The translations under genes and the position numbers were made by a program. A stretch of DNA of 63,553 bases, the filler included, from Collodictyon triciliatum (Eukaryota), in the NCBI GenBank assembly GCA_043381765.1. It is 15 parts of 15 records of this genome, joined end to end, with 100 filler letters (N's around TTAATTAATTAA, not from the genome) between each part and the next. Parts side by side here need not be neighbours in the genome. Positions count along the whole stretch, not along the records: positions 21,297 to 25,436 come from JBHJMP010006460.1; positions 25,537 to 29,675 come from JBHJMP010006461.1; positions 29,776 to 33,914 come from JBHJMP010006462.1; positions 34,015 to 38,152 come from JBHJMP010006463.1; positions 38,253 to 42,388 come from JBHJMP010006464.1; positions 42,489 to 46,622 come from JBHJMP010006465.1; 9 more parts are not named here. The stretch is one strand, 5' to 3'. Under the pieces are notes generated by a model. That model was given only the letters and a program-made list of their open reading frames with translations, had not been told where the DNA came from and searched no databases. Positions 24,501 through 42,590 of the stretch are shown piece after piece; positions within the stretch are counted from its first letter, which is position 1; each line of letters starts with the position of its first letter.

Positions 24501-25246
24501 AAAAGAAATTTATAGAGCAATCTGAACTTGTAAATTACATGGAGTCCCAAATTCAAGACCTTCAGGTTTTCTCATGTTCATTCTCAAATCTTGCGCCCCT
24601 TTTTTCTATTTCTCTCTATTAAAATAATTCCTAGCCTCGCGGTATTTTAAACGAAACGAACTTGGCTCGTCCGCAACAGAGCGAAATTACAGGATATATT
24701 CCCCCGGAAAAATATCAAGAATTATTGCAAGCACACGAGGATATTATTCACAGTTTCAAGCGTGTGTCGTCAGAAAAGGTTTCTATGCGAATTTCAATAA
24801 AATAGAGCGCGTCAAGGTTACAAAACAACCGTTCTTGACAAATATTGTTTATGTGCTCATCATCCCATATTTGCAAAAGCATTTAAAGACTAGTCTTCAA
24901 CTATGATTCATTTTCCCTGTCTTCAGGAAAAGCTCCAGACTGATTTTGATGCACTGACCATGACGATGTCGAACATACGCCAAACACTCCAGAAATGCGA
25001 ACTCGAGTCCCGTGATAGAGCAGATGAATTAGAAAAGTACAAAAGGTTCGTGAGCGTATCAACCGGCTGGAATAAGAAAATTTCTTTGATATGTTGTGTC
25101 ATAAAAATATTATCATCTTGAATTGACGGATATTGATTAAACGGCACCGCACTTTTTCTGTATATATTTGACATCATAGAGTCCTTTCTGAAAAAGAGCG
25201 TGAAATCTCTAGCATTCAAGAGCTATTACACCAAAAATCAACCCAG
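21600..25246 (+). CDS. Long coiled-coil protein with internal PACT-like motif (CCDC171/pericentrin-like), internal fragment
   Basis: Many E/Q/K/L-rich exons. The spliced segment ELVLQKKFVASRL...RKSLR|VIAITVLAALRMSRF fits the PACT/CCDC171 QKK..L and V.AV.A..RM pattern. Confidence 0.6.
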
Positions 25247-25340
25247 GTACACCATAATTGATTTAAAGCTTCCTTTCTTTCATTTTCTCTTTTATTTGAG
25301 CCTCATATACTAAGCCTCAAAGTCGTCTTTTTAAATCCTT

Positions 25341-25436
<96 letters not shown>

Positions 25437-25942
25437 NNNNNNNNNNNNNNNNNNNNNNNNNNNNNNNNNNNNNNNNNNNNTTAATTAATTAANNNNNNNN
25501 NNNNNNNNNNNNNNNNNNNNNNNNNNNNNNNNNNNNTTTTCTTTCTTCTTTTTCTTTGTTCTCTTTTCTCTTTTTTTTTTTCTTTTTTTTTTTTCTCTTT
25601 TCTCTTTTCTCTTTTCTCTTTTCTCTTTTCTCTTTTTTCCTTTCCTTTTCTTTTCTTAATTTTTAATTAAAAAGTTAACGGCTTCGATTTTACATTCTTC
25701 TGATATCTATACAATGACAGCTTTCACATACTCAATTCTCTGGTCCATAGTCTTTTGTTTGTTTGTTTGCGCCAACTGCCTATTTCCTTTATTACGTTTT
25801 ATTATCAGTTGATGATCTTTCCCTTTCGTTTCTTATACCCTGGCGTTGAATTCCAACCCGGTAATTCGATCAATAAGAGGTTATGATGGCCAAAGTATGA
25901 GATTATTCATCCATGATATATTCTTTCTTTACAAACACCTAG

Positions 25943-27803
25943 GCTGCCCGCCTTATTACAACCTCTGCTTCCCATCTTCCTACCCCTTCGCTCAACTATC
26001 TTCACACCGGACAAGGTAATGAGAAATATGCATGCACACAACAATAATGAATATCAGAAATCGTCTGTGCTCTTTTCTCGTTCTTGAATATATCTTTCAA
26101 ATTATCCGTCATATGCATATGATACCCTACATCAGATATATCTTTGCACAATCTTGGTATTGCTTCGAATTCATTTTTTTTAAGGTGATAGCCACCTGTC
26201 TCGGTCAATATTTATGTTATTTATTTTAATTAGGGTCTATATTATCCGTGCTGCTACCTGCATGGTCCAATATTCTTGTGTCACGTACTAAGTGTTGCGT
26301 TTTGGCCAAGTCCGAAACTGTGGCAGCGAAGGCTACATTGCATACTGGAATAATGGATGCGCTCAATCGGAAGGTCAACGGTGGACCCCTCTTCTTTTAC
26401 AAGGTCAGCAATAGTCTGTTTTTCTAATGACTTTAGGATTATAACACATAAAGAAGCTTTTGGAGTAGGAATAAGCCCGGCCATGTACCTCCATATACCT
26501 CATTTATGAATCTTCTCACTGCAGTATAGTTCTAATCATAACGCGGGTGATTTGGTGATATCGTCGCGTGATGACCACGATGTCGCCTTCACAGACATCG
26601 CACCGGACGCACACTTTTGCTTGGCAGATCTGTCTGCCCTTTTTTGCCTGGGCGGGGACATTCGCATGATACCTGGTAATTCTGTCTCTTCATTGAAGCC
26701 ATCATTAAGTCTTGCTGGCAGTGGTGTCTTGGCATTTAGCTCCAAAGGCCGCATCGTCAAGATTGAGTTGAACCCAGGAGAGTCTTTCGTGGTGAACAGA
26801 AGGCAAGGCATACTCTGGAAAGATTGTCATATCTTTATCAGAATTCAAAAATATGTCATTCCTGATGACTGCTTCATTAGGTTTCTGTTGGCTTTTGATT
26901 CTAGTATCCAATTTGGAGGTGAAGATAGCGATTTAATTAGTAGGGTCAACAAGACCACTGTTGGGATAAATGTACGAAGTATTATATTTTAGAGATACTG
27001 AAACTAGAAAATTTAAACAACGATCTTCCGATCACACTCTCGTCTCATAGAACCCTTCATTTTAAATGCGAGCGAAGTGCATATTGAATGCTGTCTGAGC
27101 CGCTTGCGTTTTTTTCCACTTATGTCCTTGAATTTCTTTTACCGTAGTATCGCCCAGCCATTTTTTTTTTTGAAAAGATTATCGATGTAGGTTGTTAATA
27201 ATACCACGGAAATTGAGATAAGAAGAAACGTCAATTTTGATGGGACAAACCCAGAGTATTTTTTGCACTGTAATTCATGCATATTAAGTGGAAGGAAAAG
27301 ACGGAAATTCTATATTCTATGCTTTAGATGAAACATTCATCGCATTCTATGCGTAGAATAGCAGCAATCCGCTTTTAAAAGAACATACTCTATCTATCCA
27401 TGAATTAATTCCTGTCTTTATCTTCTATTTATTTGCATATTCTCATCACTGCTATCAGAGCCACTCTCGTGAATTTCAACGACGACCCTCAATTTCGCTC
27501 AAGTGACCTCGTGAAAGTAACATTTGTTTTCAAAATAAAAAGAGCCTATATTTCAATAAAAAAATTTTTTTTTGTTTTAATTCTGAATATGTATTGTCAT
27601 GTGTAAGTGATTCACACCTCAAATAATGAGACGAATAAATTTGTAAATATACATATATTCAAAACCTTATTATTCATGCATTTTATTCAAATACCCTCTC
27701 ATAATCACGTATACAGGTATTCGTCTCCGGTCAGTCGCCAGCGCCAGGAATTCTCTACCTCCAGAGTAATGTGGCTTCAAGAATGCAGAATCTGATAAAA
27801 TAA
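25943..27803 (+). CDS. AIM24: AIM24 (DUF124)-family protein; start not resolved
   Basis: GGPLFFYK, LAGSGVLAFSSKGRIVKIELNPGESFVVNRR|FLLAFDSSIQF and terminal PGILYLQS match AIM24 motifs. Confidence 0.75.
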
Positions 27804-28381
27804 GAACCGGCTAATTTGGCTCTCATGCATGGCAAAACATTTGGGCTGTGAGCAGGGATCCAAATGCCCTTCTTTGGGTTAATAAGATGTGGGTATCATG
27901 GGAATGCGGGTGGGATGCCATGACCTGGCGCGTTTTTCGGCGATCCTTTTCCTTTTGGCCAGGCGCGGAGTACGCGGAACCTAAATCTGGTGAAGATACT
28001 GCGCCCTCGGTTAACGAGCACCTGCTGGCATTCTATTTTGGAAAATATTTTCTGTTGTGGTTCCAATCCCAACACCAATCTGCCTCTGCGATTCAGGCCA
28101 CACACCGATATAACTTGTTTGCGGCAGAGCGATGCGCACAGGCTTACTGTTTCCAGACAACACAAACATATTTTTTTTTTCTCTTGCTCGCAATTCTTGT
28201 GAATTCTTCTCATACAAATCATAACCAATCGGCGTGCTTCTCAAAAACTTAACGACCTACAAGATACATCAAAAAAAAGTTTACTCTTGATTTTCATATC
28301 TGTATGGTTGCCAACAAACATTCTTTCGTGTAAATATTTATATATATGCAGAGCCTTAATTTGCGAGCAGAAGTCAAACCC

Positions 28382-29491
<1,110 letters not shown>

Positions 29492-30040
29492 GTTTGATAT
29501 CGTCTTGCAAGAGTCATGCATTTTTTTTAATTCTGAAGAAAATTATGCTTCTAATGGTATTATGTGTATGTATGTATGTATGTATGTATGTATGTATGTA
29601 TGTATGTATGTATGTATGTATGTATGTATGTATGTATGTATGTATGTATGTATGTATGTATGTATGTATGTATGTNNNNNNNNNNNNNNNNNNNNNNNNN
29701 NNNNNNNNNNNNNNNNNNNTTAATTAATTAANNNNNNNNNNNNNNNNNNNNNNNNNNNNNNNNNNNNNNNNNNNNCCCAGAGAAAGAGAGAAGGTAAAAT
29801 ATACTCAAGAGTGAGATAAAAAAGAGAGGATGTATGTATGTATGTATGTATGTATGTATGTATGTATGTATGTATGTATGTATGTATGTATGTATGTATG
29901 TATGTATGTATGTATGTATGTATGTATGTACAAATATATTAGATAGCTATACAAAAAGAAAAATGAAATCAACAAGACCAGAGCAGGAGGTATGATGCGA
30001 TTGGACGAAAGTGATTATGAAAAAAATCGAAAAGACATAC

Positions 30041-33000
30041 TTGATCAGCAGTTCCAACTTGAAAGCTGATGATGATTCCACTGCCTTTCGACTGTTTCTT
30101 ATTGATTTTGCCAAATTTGTTGTCTCGCAGAGCTGGATAATGCACAGCCAATATGGCAGTGTGGAAAGAAAGATATTCGGCTACGCGCTCTGCCGTGGAG
30201 TGTTGTGTTTGAAGCCGGGATGATAGGGTTTTCAATCCGCTTCGGAAAATGTTTGCATCGAAAGGAGATAGCCATGCACCCTCAGTGCTTTGAAAGAGCG
30301 ATACTAGTATATAAGACAACGTTCTTTGCATGATAATCCATCATTTTAAAAGTGTTATGGGTGTTGAATAAAGATTTTGTTCAAGTATGATGTCTATTTA
30401 GTAAAATAAATTTACTTGCTTCCGAATAGGCTTTGTCTTTGCAAAATATCAGCCCACACATCAAGTCAGACCTCCCAGAAAGCAGGGCAGTCTCTGTATA
30501 AATGACAAAGTCTGCACCTTGGCCCACTAGAAGAATATATATTGTGAAAATCATGGATTATCAAGACAACTGAATATACACTGCTCATCAGTGCGGATGG
30601 TCAAATAATACATATTGTTCTGAAGTCCTAGTTATTCGTTGAAGGGTTCATTTCTATAGAAATATTCTTGGGACCATGGATGGGTATATTACTTGGTTTT
30701 TGATACTGACAGGTCATCATGGAATTATCAACCACAAGGAGAACATTACGAGGCCTTAGTATCTCAGAATAGTTCTTTATGTCACCTGCCCTTAACATAG
30801 GTCTGCTTGGAGTCTCTATGTAAACCATGCGGGTGCTTTGGAAAACGAGATTAAGAAGCAATTTTATAATTTGATTTGACGTATAACTGCAAAGTGAAGA
30901 AATAATTCTGGCAGTAGTTAAAAATCAGCATAATTCGAAAAGTAAAATAAGATATACCAATTGTAATAGAACATAAGAAGGAAAACCTGGACGTCACCAA
31001 GTCGACGATACTGCACGTAACGTCAAATATGCGAACAAGACATCCAACACGGTTAGCTGCCTGGCACAATTGGCGGTATGTTGCCTCGTGAATATCATCA
31101 CAGACAAGGACCTCTTCTCCCGGTTTCAGCTTTTTGAAAATGATCGTGTATATGGTTTCTATGAGGTTAATTCGAACTATAATATTGGGTCAAATTGTAG
31201 ATGTTATTTATAGATATAAACCAACAAGTTTTAGCAACGCCACGATTGTAGTCGAACTGCTGTTGAATGAATGCGCATACGGAGAATCTGAATTGATTTC
31301 CTTAAATTACAAACTCAAATGAAAAAAAGGGAGATATTTGGAAACGAAAGATACAGTAAAGACAAGTATCGATGGCTAGCCAACCAAAGCCAAAACCTCC
31401 GCTATCTTGCGCAAATTGAGAGGAAGAACAAACAAATAAATGAAGACAGGTATATTTTTCATGTCTATTATGAGTATCCTTTTGCTCATTATTATTTTTT
31501 AGATGATGACATGCTTTAGGGTTATCATTACTGATAATTGGTCTTTAGATGTGTTAAAAAAGAAAAGATACACCATTATCTATGAATAAAATATGATATA
31601 GAAACAAACTCTCTAGTTTTGCAAGCTCTTTATCAAGGGCAGCGCAGTTTGAATCCATAGATATAGGCTTTGCCGAAGACTGCAATTGTTAAAAAAAAAA
31701 TTAATAATTAATAATTAATAATTAAAAAGTAAAAACTAAATAAATAAATAAATAAATTAAAAAGTAAAAACTAACTAACTAAACAAATAAATAAAAAGAT
31801 GAAGCAATAACATAAGTTGAAATATATAATAAAACATAAAAATAGGAAAACACTCTTAATCTACTATATAAAGATACACGAATAAAAATCAAGATTGAAA
31901 TGCGATCTATGGTATATGTTGCTTAAATAAACGGTAAAGAGTGTGTATATTTACTGGTCCACGAGAGTTACGGCGCAAATAGTTCCTCAGAAAACCACCA
32001 CTTTGTTTGGAATCCCTATTAAAATGCAAAAATATTGCAACTAAATCTTTCTATAAAGCAAGTAATACATATATTATAGAACTAAATTAATATCAGACCC
32101 AGGGGATGTAAAACTCGAGCCCATATTTGTCAAGGACAATGGAGTGCTTTGTCCCTAAATTGGGGGCAATCAATATGAAAGGTGTACATCAACACAGCTA
32201 CATCGAAAGAAAATACAAGAGACTCACGGAAGTTCTCGGGGGTGGCTCTGCAATATCATCACTTTCTCGAGTAGAAGACGAAATAGGTTTCAGATCAGTC
32301 AAAGCACAAAATGAGACAAAAGTGTCTTGCATAAAGCCTGTGCATTTTTTAAATATTCTTTTATAAACAATATAGCAAATAACTTAACACATATCTGTGT
32401 GTCAAAATATAATGGAATGAATAATGAATAATGAATATAGAATTTATGTGATGTGTGACACTGTCTAATCGAATAAGAGCTTGTCTCCAAACGATTTTAA
32501 GACAAAATAAGGGAGCGGGGTGAGAAAAAGGAACCTTGTATGACTGGTGACTCTAATTGGTCACTGATTTGTCTAGCTTGTTTGAAATGATCCTCTTATT
32601 TGATATGAAGGGCATAAATTAAGGATTACGATATTCGTTCTTTTAAAAAATTAAATGATTATGTACTGTCTGATAGATGGAGTAGTATTCATGAAAAAAT
32701 GAAAATCATTATACTAATAGTAAATATCATTGGATTATTTTACTAATCACGATTTGAAGGATACGGACTCTGTTTAATAACTCCACTTCATGTTGCGCTA
32801 CTTGCCTGTAATTTATTATATGTAATATAATAATATGAGTCGAATAAAGGAAAAAATATATGATAGAATAAGAAGGTATATTCTTTTGAAAAAAAGTTTA
32901 TATTGAATTGTGCAAGATACTGGTTTTTTTTCATAAATAAAAAACACACAGGTGCTAAATGCTAACTCAGTGGCAGGTAAATAACTGAGTTAATAAATAT

Positions 33001-33316
33001 TGTACCAACCTTGTGTAGATAATGTAGTTCATCGCTTGATGCAATGACGAAATATAACTTGAGAATTGCTTAACTTCCTGAATCGCTGAATCTTAACAAA
33101 CAAGCGACACACATCGAATATTATGATTCAAGAGTAAGTATGGCAAGTCGGACGTACACATGGAGCAAAGAAAGCCATATATATATGCAAAAAGAAGACA
33201 ATAGATATATATATATATATATGAAGAGGGAGTGAAGATATACCACATTGCTGTATCTTGGAAGGGTCGTAGTTTTGAAGACTCTTTTGCACGAGATCTA
33301 GCTCCACCTCGTTCAT
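30041..33316 (-). CDS. Cystathionine beta-lyase-like (Cys/Met PLP family) protein with N-terminal extension; catalytic Lys absent; 3' end truncated
   Basis: About 14 in-phase exons: ...ALDKELAKLE, LKPGEEVLVCDDIH, TRMVYIETPSRP, LVVDNSMM, GADFVIYTETALLSGRSD, EGAWLSPFD...GLKTLSSR, VAEYLSFH...VHYP, QSKGSGIIISF. Confidence 0.85.
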
Positions 33317-33849
33317 GAGAGGCTACGGGAGTTTGGCTACGCTTCTCAGGTCTCCTTACCAACGGGGCAAGGATGGTTGTAAGCGATGTTCGAGAAAGTT
33401 TGGGAGACAGGCTATACCCAAGAATGCGATGGAAAAACGACTGTTGCGTGTAATGGAGTGCGGCAAGGATTTCTCAGGGTATTATCAAAAAGCTTTAAAC
33501 TACTACATGGGAAAGCATCGAAAAAAAACCACCGCTTGCTCAGGAGTAAGGAACGTGCGGGGCGACGCAAAAAGTTTACGAGAGGAGGAAAGAGCAGGCA
33601 TACAAATTTCGTTGAAAAATAATATATATATGGTATCATTAGAACATTGCCACAAGTTTGTTCCCTTTCACGCTTCTTTTTTCTATTTGTTTTTATACAC
33701 GCAGGGCGTTCTAGGGTTCGTCTTTGAACCCGCCATTGATTCGCTTTGGTGGTTGGGTTTTATATGTTTTATTCTTTCAGTGTTTTTTTTTTTAATTGTT
33801 TTCTTGTTTTCTTTTGTTTTTCTGTTTTTTTTTTTGTTTTTTGTTTTTT

Positions 33850-33914
<65 letters not shown>

Positions 33915-34024
33915 NNNNNNNNNNNNNNNNNNNNNNNNNNNNNNNNNNNNNNNNNNNNTTAATTAATTAANNNNNNNNNNNNNNNNNNNNNNNNNNNNNN
34001 NNNNNNNNNNNNNNAATGATAATG

Positions 34025-34135
<111 letters not shown>

Positions 34136-34136
34136 T

Positions 34137-34167
<31 letters not shown>

Positions 34168-34256
34168 AGGAATGATGAGGAAAAGGAAAATAAAAGAACA
34201 CATAGTGATGACAGAATGGAATAAAATACTATGATTTAAACAATGTATTGGGCAAC

Positions 34257-35995
34257 CTTCCGCAAGTTTCACACCAGTTGCGTACGGTGCATCGCAGGAT
34301 TCATCTATCAACTTCAATTCTTCTTCATACAATTTCGACTCTTCGACCATCCCCGCCTCATTCAATATTAAAACTGTGTATTTTTTTGTTTTGTTTTTGT
34401 TTTGAATACAGTGTGTGAATAGATTAAAATTTCAGCAAAATGTTATCAACAAAGAACAATCGCCGAGGAGCAGCTCGAAACGGGGCCTTAATATTTTCTC
34501 CTGTGACTTCTGTTTGAATATATATCGGCACAGTTCTTGGTTGTGGGGCTGATTAATATGATATATGCACCTATATTCTCTAGAGTTTCTATTTGTATAT
34601 CGACATGGTGGATATTCCTGCTCAATTCTAACGCCTTCTGAAAATGCTCCAAGGCAGACTATAAAGAACATTTTTGAAAAGAAATACGCATATGGTGATT
34701 GTTGAGTACAACAAGTAATGGAGAGGGAGGTTTGTTTGCGAATCGGATAAATCCAAAGATATCGTGTGGTTACAGAATCAAAACCTTGCTGTCATGAGTC
34801 GTGCCGTTTGACTGGAAAATGCCTCCCAAGTAGCAAAGGGCAGACGCTTGCTCATCAACCATCCCGGCTGCCTCTGCCACGCCCAGTTGCTAGCGGAGAA
34901 GATCACATATAATATACCAGCGTCAGATACCGGTACACTCATTTTGCTACTAGTGGAGCAAAAAATAATGAAAAAGAATTGATACAATAAACTTCTTACT
35001 TTCTTATGCACATCTAAGGCTTTCTCGATTCGGCCGGCTGCTTTGTGGCATTCTCCCAGCCCGACCATGCAGGAGAGCAAAAAAGCATACTCATCCTGGT
35101 GTGTAATGAAAAACATCGAATAGTGTAAATGAATAATATTGTTTTTTTTTTATTTCGAGCTTTCTTTCAAATGAAATAGAAATATGCAGCGATGTTGGAA
35201 AAAGATTGGTGCTAATGATGCACTGTGGAAAATAAATAAATAAAAAGTAAATTAATAGCGATTGAATGATAACCTCCGACGAAAGTTGAATGGCCTTTTC
35301 AAACTCAGTGCATGCTCTTGTGTATCTTTGATTATTTTCGAGCAAACATGCAAATTCTTTGTGAAGGTCTCTGATGTAAATTCGCTCCTCCTATGAGCAT
35401 GGAAATATACTCATAATGTAATTATGTCTCATGCATATACTTCATATCGGTAGATATACATGCAAGTATCAAAAAAAAAAAAACAAAAAAAAAATACCTT
35501 CGATAATCCTGATTGTGCATCCAGGGTTTCAAATTGGATATGACTTTGATAAAATATGTCTATTTTAATAGACGTTTCTATAAGAAGTCTGTAATGTTCC
35601 AAACAGATGATGAGTAAAATGAATGTGCAGAAAAACATTTACTGATGTGGGCACTATGTCTTCAGATTGAAATATAAATAATTGCTTAAGCTGGTGATGT
35701 ACCTTGTAATCAAATATGCATTTTCGGCGCGGTGGGTAGTAATTCCTTGGTCATCCACTTGGCCGGCAAACGCCTTAGCACGATCATGCAGTTCGAGACT
35801 CTTATCGTACTAGAAAAGAAATTGAACCTCTCGTTTTTTTTTTCTTTCAAATGAACCGGCCAGAAAATGTAGGGGAAATAAAAAAAAAACTATCATCGAA
35901 AGAAAAACGTGAAGGTGTAACAAACCCTCCCCAATTCAAAGTGTACACTGCCGAGATTGATAAGTGCGTTGCACATGCTGAGTGGATTTCCTTTC

Positions 35996-36088
<93 letters not shown>

Positions 36089-37811
36089 TATTTACACCTC
36101 AATACCGGTAGTTAAATTTGCCGTTGTTTTGTTGATGTGAACAAATTGTATTAAAAAATAACAATATGATATATCTGTACATAATGGTTCAAAAGATAAA
36201 TGCAAACTTTTTTCACGGTTGTGTACATCTTTTCAAAGAAGCGAAGGGCGTCATTATACTGGTTAAGATGGAGATATACATTGCCAAGTTCAGTGTACCC
36301 GCTTTCAAGAGCCGGGGCATCCTTTACTTTCTCAGCTTTTTTTTTTTAAAAAAAAAAAAAAATTAAAATAACGTGGATGGTCGTCGTATTCGACCTCAAT
36401 ATGAAAACAAAAAATCAAATGTTCAGTCGCAATAACAACGGCTGTATGAGTGTTTGGGATGAACCATACCTATTTGAATTGCACTCAACAAACGTTGTAG
36501 AGAACTGTCAAATTCCTTCATCTCTGTCAGAATCATTGCACTGCGAAGTAGATTTAATGCATCACCGGATGTTTCATTTGATCGATTTTGCTTATTGTTG
36601 TATAATTGATACTCGTGACATCATTCTATATACCTATTTATTAGACACCTCGTTTCCATCAAATCCCATTCAGGGTTATTGTCATCGATTGCTCGAAGAA
36701 ACACAATCGTCTATGAAACGAAAGTTATATCAGATTGAAAATTCCTTTTTCCAGAAAAGAGTCTGTTCAGTAATCCGATAATTGGAAGAAAAAGTAGCAT
36801 CTATGTTTCATAGGTCATAACCAAGTAAGAAGAAAGAAAGAGAAATATAAAGAAGAGCTCCTTCTGGGTACCTCTAGACTTTTGTTTGAGAATTCATCCG
36901 CTCTTCTAACAGCATTTGTATATTTATCATGAGAAATATCACTTTGTTGCGCAGCATAATCGATATACACACTAGCAAGCGAACTGTAAGCTCTCTGATA
37001 ATCCGATGAAGTGAAATAAAACGAAATTATTATTATTAATAATAATAATCCATATAAATTAAGTTAATCATAAATATGCGCGACTATTCTTGGATTTATA
37101 TATAAAAAATTCTCGTTTGATTCATTCTTATATAGTTTAAAAAAGAATAGACATTCGCAAATGTGATGAAGAGTAGTTTTCTGAATTGTTTTGTACCTGA
37201 ATCGCTACTGTGTTACTTACACGGAGAGAAATAGCTAAACATTCTTCGTAATGCTTAACACTTTCTTCAAACATTCCCAATAAGTGCAATGCTGAACCTA
37301 TTTATTCATGATAGGATCAGTTTGATACAGAGAGAACACTTAAGTAAAATTCATTTCACAAACGAATACTTTGTTGGATTCATGGAATTTGTTCACCTGT
37401 GTTTCTGTAAGCGACGATTTTATCCGAGTCTGAGACAGCGAGCTTTAACTCTTGAATATGATATTTGAGGGCGTTTTTATACATACCCTATTTGTTTTTG
37501 TTTTGTTTATTAATTCATATTGTATGTCGAGAAAGCGAAAACAAGAATAGCTTCGTTATTGTACGTCATCAAATGTGCTTCTTGTTCCCCCCATCGCTCT
37601 CCTACCATCGACAGTAGACTTTTCGTATTTGAGAGTCAACATACACGTTCGTAGTGAATTTGCCCTAGTTCGCGACAAATCTTCAGTCTGTCCTTCTCCG
37701 TTCCAGGTCTGCTTTTCTCAAGGTATTTCAGTTTTCTAATCATCTCTGTGATCATACTGTCTCGGTTAGGGTCTGTTTGACTTGGGACAACTTTATCGAG
37801 GTAGAGGCCAT
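34257..37811 (-). CDS. TPR protein resembling the TONSL/TONSOKU N-terminus (5' part)
   Basis: ICRELGQIHYERGMYKNALKYHIQELKL...VAYRNTG...AIQRAYSSLASVYID...KSLE...METRCLINSAM is collinear with the TONSL TPR region as recalled. The TPR call is firm; orthology is less so. Confidence 0.6.
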
Positions 37812-38283
37812 TCGTCTCCGCTTCGTTCGATAGTGTGTTTCTATTTTTAGTTCAGTTTTTTTTTATGGGGTTGGTAGATGGAAAGGGAAACAAAAAATAA
37901 TAACAATATGTCACTTAATTGTTACTATCGATAATTGACCAAGAATTGATTGAACAAAAAAAACTTTTCCGAATTAGATGAATCGGTCGAGCGGATTTTG
38001 GATTGGCTCCTTAGAGAAGGTATGTTGGAATCCTTGTATACAAAGAACGCATTTAAAAGAAGTAAAGGAGAAAAGGAGAAAAGGAGAAAAGGAGAAAAGG
38101 AGAAAAGGAGAAAAGGAGAAGAAGAAGAAGAAGAAGAAGAAGAAGAAGAAGANNNNNNNNNNNNNNNNNNNNNNNNNNNNNNNNNNNNNNNNNNNNTTAA
38201 TTAATTAANNNNNNNNNNNNNNNNNNNNNNNNNNNNNNNNNNNNNNNNNNNNAATAAAAAAGAAAAAAAAATTTTTTTAAAAA

Positions 38284-38370
<87 letters not shown>

Positions 38371-38395
38371 ATTGTCAATGACTATGGCTCTAACC

Positions 38396-41972
<3,577 letters not shown>

Positions 41973-42305
41973 TTCTGCCCCAGTATTGATTTCTGCTGCA
42001 CTCCTTTTTAGTTGATGTTAAATATTGCACGTCAGGAGTTAGTTAGAGGAGGAAACTTCAAAAGAGACAAAAGAAAATAAAAAGAAATTAAAACAAAAGA
42101 GAACACCAAGGGGTTGCTCATTTTGCGCGTGATCTGAAATTGTTTCACTTAGGTTCTACTCACGTCCTTTTCTTTTTCTTTTCTTTTTTGTTTTTTTTTT
42201 ATTTTTTTGTTTTTGTGTTTTTGTTTTTTGTTTTTGTTTTTGTTTTTTTGTGTTTTTTGTGTTTTTTGTGTTTTTTGTGTTTTTTGTGTTTTTTTTTGTT
42301 TTTTT

Positions 42306-42388
<83 letters not shown>

Positions 42389-42491
42389 NNNNNNNNNNNN
42401 NNNNNNNNNNNNNNNNNNNNNNNNNNNNNNNNTTAATTAATTAANNNNNNNNNNNNNNNNNNNNNNNNNNNNNNNNNNNNNNNNNNNNTAT

Positions 42492-42582
<91 letters not shown>

Positions 42583-42590
42583 TTACAAAG

